Assembly: GCA_951406725.2 (NCBI GenBank) | Contig: OX597825.1 | Span: 38,130,001 to 38,194,000, forward strand | Direction of reading: 5' to 3' | DNA length: 64,000 nt | From: Octopus vulgaris | Taxonomy: Eukaryota | Shown here: positions 55,075-64,000 of the stretch, piece by piece | How the letters are laid out: every line of letters begins with the position of its first letter | Position numbering within the stretch: the first letter of the stretch is position 1 | Notes under the pieces: model-generated | Seen by the model: only the letters and a program-made list of their open reading frames with translations | Database searches by the model: none | What the model was told of the DNA's origin: nothing | Position numbers and translations under genes: made by a program

Positions 55075-57815
55075 GCAAGGTAAATATCTCTAGTTGTATA
55101 GAATATTATTATATGGAGAAATTCAAAATCTTACAGCTTTTTCTGGGATATTCCATCACCAGGGAAAAAGTGAATGGTATATATTAATGAAATGACGACA
55201 CAGAGGAAGGGAGTAACAGAATAAGGAGATGGAAAGAAAGAAGAAAAAGAAGCATAAAAGTTCATAGTTCAAATTTCCGAATTTATAGAAACCACAGCAT
55301 GAGTCCTCAGCAGCAAACCTGCGTAGATCTACGAGCGTAAATGCTTAAGTGCAATCCTACGTATATCCATGAGGGTTAGAATCATGATATAGTAGGAATC
55401 CCAAGCTAAAAGACGCGAACACATCACCGTTCAATAACAGAATGGTCTTGGATGTGGCTATTAAGTGGTAAGAGGAAAGAAAAAAAAGAAATAGAGAAGT
55501 ATATAGAGTGAGGTGGGGGATTTTAGGGATTGGCTATAGGGTAAAATAAGGTGCATAGGTGTATGGTGTCTAAGAATTGTGTAAGTGGTAGCCGAGAAGA
55601 TAAGAGGATGAGGAGGTAGAGGAAGATACGGTAAAAAAATAGAGCAAAATGAAAGGAGTTTAAAGAGTGTAGTTGATGTCAGGTAGTCTTAAAATCCAAA
55701 GTTGTTGGGGAGGAAATTTAGTTGTAACTGCTTGTGTCCGTTCTGGCCAAGGTCAGTGGCAGTAGATTTATTTTTAGCAATGGTGTTATGGCGTGTAGGT
55801 AGTCAAGAATGTAAGAACTAGTTGAATGTTAAATTATTTATGTGTGGGAGTTAGAGTTGATAGATTTATATTACGGGACTTATTGGGTTAAGGTGTAAAA
55901 ATGAATTAAGGATAAATTAAAGAAATTGTATTTACCCTATTGCGTTATGAGAATAGGGGTAAGGCAAATGGTAAAAATAGGATTTATAGAGATATACAAG
56001 CGTTATGTGTTAATGCTCATAGCGTTGTGTATGTGAGTGGGGGTGAGCTTACATTTAGATTTATGAAAAAAAATTAAAGTGCAGAAGGTAGTGAAGGTCC
56101 CGTTGTGTTTATTAAACAAATGTGGTGAGTTGTGGGTTAGAATTTTGTGAACTTCTTTTAAGTGAAATCCACTACTGGTGTGCTGGCACTGATATAAGGT
56201 GCCCGTCTCTATTATAGCTCAGGAAAGTTTATACTGTATTTTTCTATTAATTAGATGGTGTCGTGGTTGACTAGTGATGTGAAATTGGTATTCTTATATT
56301 TAAACGAGTTTAAATGTGCACAATACCTTTGTTTAAAAATTGGTGCAAGATCTAATGTAGTAGCTACAGAAGTTATTTACCATGTGGACGGTTCATTGGT
56401 ATACGACGTTGAATCTTCTGCAGTAGGCAATCTGTACCGGTTCTGTGATGGTTTAATTGGAGAGAGATGTGAGATAGTGTGTGTAGTAGCAGTGGTGGTA
56501 TTAGGCAAATCGATCATGATATTGCTGTTATTATTGTTGTCGTTTCTAGTGTCGATATTAATGCCAGAGTTACTATTATTTTTTATCATGGTCGTTATCA
56601 TTATCGGCGTCGCTGTTGTAATAATTATTATCATTACAACAGTAGTGGATCTGTTCCGTTTGGCTCACAGATCATTTAGTTAAAACTAAAAAGGTTGAAA
56701 CATCGTATACTTCGTATTCTTCTCAACCTGATCACGGTTTACTTTGAACATTTTTGACAAAACTTGGTATTTTCGACGTTATTTCGTGTTAAAAGTCTCG
56801 TATTTGGGTAATTTCAACCAATCAATGACGTGTATTCACTTAAGGAAAGCTACTGCTGTTTGTGATAGTAATGGAAGTGGAACAGTGGTAGTAGTACTGG
56901 TAGAATTACGAGTAATATTAGTAATATTAGCGGAAGTAATTGCAGCAGCAGCAGCAGCGGCGGCGGCGGCAGTAGTAGTATCATAAGCAGTAGTGTTAGT
57001 ATTAGTGGTGGTATTAGCGATGTTAATATTGCAGCTATTGCTATTGTTAATAGTTGCGTTCTTGGCAGGAGTGTTAATAATGGTACGGTTTTAAGTAATA
57101 ATAATGTTGCCGTTCGTGTTAATATTAATATTATTGCTATTCCTATTAGTAGTTGAATTATATGTATTATTAGTTGTAGTGGTTATGATATAATTAGTAT
57201 AATGACATTAATTATAATTAGTATAATCATAATAATATAATATAATATATAATTAGTATAATTATAATAAGTATAATTAGTATTTTTAGTATTAGTTTGC
57301 CTATTAGTGTTTGCCTATATACTCATAACTACCTACACACCCATAACCCCATTGCTAGAAATAACTCTACTGCCACTGACCGTCCTTAGCCAGAACGGAC
57401 ACAAGTAGTTACTACTAAATTTCCTTCCCAACAACTTTGGACTTTAAGACTACCAGACATCTACTACTCTTGGGATGGCTAATATATCATGATTTTTGCC
57501 CACATAGATATGCGTAGGATTGCATCTAAAGACTTATGCTCATAGATCTACGCAGGATTGCTGCTGAGGACTCGCGTTGTGGTTTCTATATCTTCGAAAA
57601 GTTGAACTAAGAAATTTTATGCTTCTTTTTCTTCTTTCTTTCCATCTCCTTAATCCCTTACTCGTCATTTCTACCATTCACATTTCCCCTATTGCTTTCC
57701 CTATTTGTCTCTGATGAAGGTATATCCCATACAGGTGGATATACCAAAAACACCTGTAAGATTTTGCATTACTTCCTATAATAATATTGCATATAACTAG
57801 AGATGTCTGCCTTGC
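55075..57815 (-). mobile_element. Decayed Penelope-like element: GIY-YIG remnant between inverted terminal repeats (55075-55803 and 57328-57815)
   Basis: The arms are reverse complements, e.g. gagtcctcagcagcaa.cctgcgtagatcta versus tagatctacgcagg.ttgctgctgaggactc. Minus strand near 56260-56365 reads YIRSCT/FKQRYCAHLNSFKYKNTNFTSLVNH, like a Penelope endonuclease. The element lies between two TA tracts. Confidence 0.75.
57707..57762 (+). ncRNA. Hammerhead ribozyme remnant (G12A in this copy)
   Basis: gtct-CTGATGA-a ggtatatcc catacaggt ggatatacc a-AAAA-cacctg-TA-agat. The other arm (minus, about 55127-55150) keeps GAAA-aagctg-TA-agat, so the consensus is GAAAcagctgTA with palindrome acagctgt. 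Confidence 0.65.
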
Positions 57816-57846
57816 GTTAATGCTTGTTGTCTTGTTTAACATATGT

Positions 57847-57905
<59 letters not shown>

Positions 57906-57953
57906 GCAATAATAAATCCCTGAGCAAGATGTAAATAGTAGCAGCACGACATT

Positions 57954-58213
57954 GTGAAGTATATTTGCCACCTGAATATGGCTGACCCATATGGGACGAT
58001 GCTACTGTAGACTATGGCTAGTAACCCACAAAATCCCGGGCCCATGTGTATCATGTAAGGCTAGAGATGTGAACGATGATTTCACTTCGCAAATACTGAT
58101 TGGACACAGAGAGTGTGTCATTACCAGCTGGAGGAGATGTCCTCCTGGGGTTATAAAATATAGTAGCATCGTCTCATATGGGTAATCCACATTTACGTGG
58201 CAAATATACTTCA

Positions 58214-58214
<1 letters not shown>
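57954..58214. mobile_element. Fold-back copy of the 20143 family with the hammerhead mostly deleted
   Basis: gtgaagtatatttgccac... and ...gtggcaaatatacttcac; remnant aaatcccgggcccatgtgtatc at the ribozyme position. Confidence 0.75.
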
Positions 58215-58273
<59 letters not shown>

Positions 58274-58274
58274 G

Positions 58275-58791
58275 AATGTTTTTATATATAATGAACGAGA
58301 AATACAGGAAGGGACGAACACGGAACACAGACAAATCATTCGAAGCCTTCAATCTTCAGTCAGACACCGAATCATCATAGCAAATTTCGGCTGTTCAATT
58401 CTGATATTTGCTCCAACTCGGCCAGCCCCAAGAAAAAAAACTAAGCTGTAAGCATTAGATTTCTTGGTAGAAGACAGGAATGTGAACGCACAAGACGGAT
58501 GTGAATACAAGAGACGAAAACGAAATTGAAAACAGTAATGAAAAAACAAAACATATATAACGGTGGTTGTCATACGACTTTAGACCAAATGAGACAAAAC
58601 AACAACAACATAGCAGCTGGCGTAGAAATAATTACCGTTTCGGTAGCGGGGACACATGTTGGTCGAGATACGAAGGCCAACAGAATGGTTGAAGAAGCAG
58701 CAGGTCGCAGGAGAGAGAGAAAGAGAGACAGAGAGAGAGGGAATCAAAGAGGGTGGAAGGCAGGGGACAGAATCAGTGACCAAGAGAGGAG

Positions 58792-58792
<1 letters not shown>
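58275..58792 (-). mobile_element. TA-embedded dispersed repeat, Penelope-LTR-like
   Basis: Flanked by (TA)n on both sides; layout resembles the 25951 and 34900 repeats on the opposite strand. Confidence 0.45.
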
Positions 58793-58866
<74 letters not shown>

Positions 58867-59399
58867 TACATGTATATATATATGTTTGTGTGTACGAACG
58901 CATCTATGAGCTTATGTGTTTGTATGCGTGTATGTATGTAAGCTTGCATACACACGCGAGTGTTTGTGTATATGATTAGTAGGTGTCCTCCAATAGAAAA
59001 TTCATGTTGCAAGCATAGACCTCGGCTTTTGCTGACGAATGAACGGAAACCGTATATATACTGATTCTTTTCCAACACAACTAGAATCGTACGAAGGGAG
59101 ATATCTCTGTCTCTCTCACAAGAGGGTTTTCATTAGAAGAATTTCGTTTCAGGGAATATTTCACCACCATGCTAATTAAGATTCTATTCTTATCTACCTT
59201 TTGAAAGACGGCAGGTGACCCCGACGAGCAGCCTGTATTGTCTCCTATATAATTAAGAGTAATTATAGACACCGATGATAGCTTCCTGACCGGAAATAAC
59301 CAGAGTCTACATGAAAAATATATGCTCAAAAATGTTTTTAGTGAGTGCCTCATATCGAACTCGAACTGCTACCGTAAAGATGAAGCATATGTGTTTTTG

Positions 59400-59581
<182 letters not shown>

Positions 59582-60659
59582 TTCGTTTTGAAAAATTCCT
59601 AATACAAATGCATGTGCACATAAGGATACACATATTAAAAGAACAGAATGGTGTAGGTGGAGCGAGAATACACACGGAAACAAAAAGTGTCACTGAAGAT
59701 GTCACAGACGTGTGAAAAAAGATTTCCGGACTATGGACAGGCTTTAAAATAATAAAATAACAGTAATAAACGAGTAAAAAATATTGTGTGTGTGTCTATT
59801 TGGCACAAAAAAATGACCATCTCGAGATACAACAATATGTGTGTGTATGTGTATGTACAGTGAAACTGTATACTCCTCCCGGTAAAAAAGTTGTAGGAAC
59901 CAGTCATTATAAATAGACCACTAGCTGGTTGTCAACAGAGGGTCGAGAGTCGAAGAGTTGGGAATCGACATTTCTAATCGGTGTTTTGTGGAAGCATCAG
60001 CGATAGTAAGGCAGAGGTGGTGTATTGCTATTCCAGTGCGAAGAGATACAACGCTATCCGATGAGAAGTTGCATTGAGTGTAAAACAGCAACTATAGTAC
60101 AACAGTAGTCTCATATCACGCCAGTGATAAATGTACAACAATATATATAGTCGTTGTGATGATATATAAAACTCTTACAGGGATAGTTTTATCCGAGTTA
60201 CACTTGTTTAATGCATTTTATTTTGAAGTTATACGTCTTTAATATATATTATATAAATATCAAATATTATTAAGAAAATGGAGAGATATAATAGATATAA
60301 ATTAATTGTTAATTAATTAACATTGCTTATTATGATTTCAATTTATACTCAATACAAATTGCAAAATGTATATGATAAAATCATTTCGCATTTTTTGAGA
60401 CTTTCCGCGAAATATCTTCAGGCTATAAAGGACATTACGGAATTTACATGCGAATGAGTTGAGGTATTCCAATAGAATTGAATCTGTTGGAATACTATCA
60501 CTGACTAACACGTCGATTCTGTAATGCACTTTATGCCCTGAAGATATTTCACTTAAAGTCTTAAAAAATGCCAAATTATATTATGTTATATAATTTGTAA
60601 TTTATATTTAGTGTAAATTGAAACGATTATACGCAATGTTAATTGATTAAAAATTAATT

Positions 60660-61037
60660 GGCTGTGTGGTTAGTAGCTTGTCCTGGGTTCAATCCTACTA
60701 TGTGGCACCTTGGGCAAGTGTCTTCTACTATAGCTTCGGACCGACCAAAGCCTTGTGAGTGGATTTGGTAGACGGAAGCTGAAAGAAGCCCGTCGTATTT
60801 ATGTTTATATTTATATGTGTGTGTGTGTATATGTTTGTGTGTCTCCCCTCCCCAACATCGCTTGACAACATATGGGGGTGTGTTTAAATTATCGTAACTT
60901 TGCGGTTCGGCAAAAGAGACCAATAGAATAAGTACTAGGCCTCCAAAGAATAAGTCCTGGGGTCGATTTGCTCGACTAAAAGCGGTGCTCCAGCATGGCC
61001 GCAGGCAAATGACAGAAACAAGTAAAAGAGTGAAAGA
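60660..61037 (+). mobile_element. SINE family B (tRNA head, CORE-like ccttgggcaagt domain, tail), near full length
   Basis: ggctgtgtggttagtagcttg...gggttcaatcc (B box)...ccttgggcaagtgtcttctactatagc...ccagcatggccgcag...gaaacaagtaaaagag. Confidence 0.88.
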
Positions 61038-61053
61038 GTATATATACACGCAC

Positions 61054-61130
<77 letters not shown>

Positions 61131-61334
61131 TGTGTGTGTGAATGCATATATATATTCATGTATATATTCATATATGTATGTATATAATCATTTATATATT
61201 TATATTTGCATGTTTCAAAATCCAGTATTAGTCCCATCTTGCTGCGTATTTATACATCCGTAGTTAATTAGGTAATGCTTTACAAGTAGTCATACGTGTG
61301 CATTTAACGGAACAAATTTCAATATAATTTTCTG

Positions 61335-61767
61335 AGATTATAATCAGCATACGTATGATGATTAATCATTTATAAAATTGCAGCATAAGAATGCAATATA
61401 TATACTGACGCTCACAAATTATCTATAGGAAGAAATTTCATGGCATGAATATATGTATATATATTTCGTTTTTGGATTTGGTTTGCAAGAATCTTTATGT
61501 GAATTCGTGTGTTGAAGCATATTCTGTTGTGTCTTGGGAGAGTCATTCTCTTTTGATTACTTATAATTTAACACACTTACTGGTAAAATTTCCACTTATT
61601 TCTGTTTTATTTTTCTAAAATTTTCATTGTGTCTTGCAACCTTTTCTATAGTTTCATGTGATGAAATTTTTGCCTATAGATAATTTGTTGGCATCGGTAT
61701 ATGCGTTGCATTCTTATGCTGCAATTTTATAAATGATTAATCATCAAATGTATGCTGGTTGTAATCT
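61335..61767. mobile_element. Inverted-repeat element (arms 61335-61441 and 61661-61767)
   Basis: gatgattaatcatttataaaattgcagcataagaatgcaa pairs with ttgcattcttatgctgcaattttataaatgattaatcatc. Confidence 0.8.
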
Positions 61768-62884
61768 GTGCACATGTGCTTGTTTGTGTGTAGTGGGGTA
61801 TATGGGCGTGCATGTGTGAACGTGTAAGCTTGGGAAATGAAGCAGGAAACCAAACGTTTGTCATTTTAGATCACATCCAAACAGTGATATGAATGTACAT
61901 GTCCAAGATATTGGAATAATAAGTTTAGTAATGTTTTTTTTTTGTCTTGGGAGTGTCATTACACCAACAATAATAAAAAGCACACACTTGTACAGTATTA
62001 CTACTTAATTATTCAGTTTGTTAAATATCTAACCAACTAACTAAACGATCGTTTCTTTAAGGTGTTGGTTACGAATATCAATTGGTTGTTTGTAAAAGTC
62101 CTTTCGCCGCTATTCGCGAACACATCACTGATATTTCTTTTCTCTTCAAGGTCAGCCTTGAATCTGTCTAAGAATTAGTCTTGTAACTATCTGTTTGTGT
62201 GTTTGTATGTGTGTATGTAGATATGTAGTTGCTTCCAAGAGATAGGAGGGCTGGGATTAAACGAGTGTAACGTGTGTGCACGCGCGTTTTTTCGCGTGTG
62301 TGCGTACGTGTATATATGTGTCTGTGCATGTAGTGTGTCAAGTTGTGCGTGGGTACACTCGCGTGCCTATATATCTTTGTGCGCTTGTGAGATGTGTGTC
62401 TGAAAAATGTAACGATCCAGTCATACACTGATTCAATTGCTTTTATACGTGTTTACAGAAACATATAACTGGTGACCATCATTGATGTCTCTTCAATGTT
62501 AATACATTCTTGTACTGTCGAATGATTAAATATCTTAGATATATTTACATAAACCGTCTCCTACGTTAAGATTTATAGAGAAAGCCATGTACACGCGTAC
62601 AATGCATAACAGATACTTATACCTATGTTAACACTCGCACAATATCACACACCTCAGTTATTTTGTTTGCATGTGTTCGCAATTTTGTACCAACTCAAAC
62701 GGACACACATGAGTTGAGGTGCAAGATTCCATAATGATTCTGCAAATGTTATGTAACAATATCAGCACACTGCTCTACTCTTAAATTCAAGCCACGTACC
62801 GTACTACACCATGTACTAGAGTAGAGAACGAAAGCTATTACTGAACCCGATCTTTGGCTACGTGTCGCACTGCACAGTACCCCC

Positions 62885-63070
<186 letters not shown>

Positions 63071-64000
63071 AGATATGTACATATGGATGATTTTGGAGAG
63101 CTTCGTGCCTAAATAGGGGAATGAAAGCTATAGAAGCCTCACAACTGGACGGCACTGCTTGACTAACAAACGTTCCATTAATTCACTGAAGGGAAATGAT
63201 TCGATATCGTAGCAGCTGAATTTATAAGAGCCCACTTGTTCTGAATACCCTATGAAAACACCAAGAAATTGCGAAGTGTATGCAAAAACGTATTCTGAAT
63301 CAATTCGGCATTTGTCAACGTGAGATACGATATAAACTCACATGACTGCAAGAATTTCAACTACGGGAATGTCGGACACACTTATTCACCCCAAAACAAA
63401 GATGGCAAGTGTGTCATGGCTATGAAATGAAATAAAGTAACAATCATTTCAATTCTTGTCTAGCAATTAAGTAAAAGTCTGTCATCTACACTTTCCCATT
63501 TCTCCTTTTTCTTTCTCTCTTTCTTTCTCCATATACTTACATATGCACATACACACACACACACACACGCGCATACGCACATCTACATATACACGTAATA
63601 ATTATTGCCAAAGGAACAAGAAATCACCTACGCAAGCATAGATTAGAAAAATTAACATTTTGATCGTTGTCCAGTAACAGGACAAAATAGTGTAAATGAT
63701 TCATCAATTAATCTAATTACTATAGAATATCTGACAAAGTCTTAATTAATCTGAATATGCTTCAATAATGCAATATTTATTTAATCAGCTTAATTGACAC
63801 GTCATCTATTTAACTATGATTGATTATAACCGTCTTCCTGAAAGGGAAAGATATTAATCATGAATATTCGAACAAGTTAAAGTCACATTAAAATAGATGC
63901 AGTCATATGGCCTTACGACGTATCTTAGTTGCAATCGACAGCGTTGTGGATAGATTACGAGTGAATGAATAATGCTATAAGACCATTAAATATAAGTTCC

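Noticed and set aside
56744-56986. Poly-Ala ORF, (GCA)n(GCG)n
   Set aside because: Low-complexity tract inside the decayed Penelope-like region; no domain.
60660-60720. tRNA genes
   Set aside because: The A/B-box sequences here and at 19892, 36485 and 46330 are SINE heads without a complete cloverleaf.

Overview
AT-rich eukaryotic intergenic or intronic DNA, saturated with microsatellites and almost entirely transposon debris. The SINE families and repeat style resemble an octopus genome (inference). I found no supportable host gene; most ORFs in the track are translations of (TA)n, (CA)n or (AAT)n. Main contents: (1) a near full-length, decayed R4/Dong-type non-LTR retrotransposon (RT + CCHC + restriction-like endonuclease) at 9.4-13.3 kb, plus six shorter R4/Dong fragments, at or near (AAT)n tracts; (2) decayed Penelope-like elements (RT at 43-45 kb, GIY-YIG remnants at 56 kb and possibly 1.5-2.3 kb); (3) two Tc1/mariner relics; (4) many tRNA-derived SINEs. 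The most interesting signal is a set of sequence-unrelated fold-back (long inverted repeat) elements sitting in or next to (TA)n tracts. Several carry minimal type-I hammerhead ribozyme motifs with palindromic stem III. One is structurally perfect (24329-24373, minus). Others are core variants: U3-A8 covariation, U4C, and a possible circularly permuted form. All structure calls were made by eye and need computational and biochemical checking.
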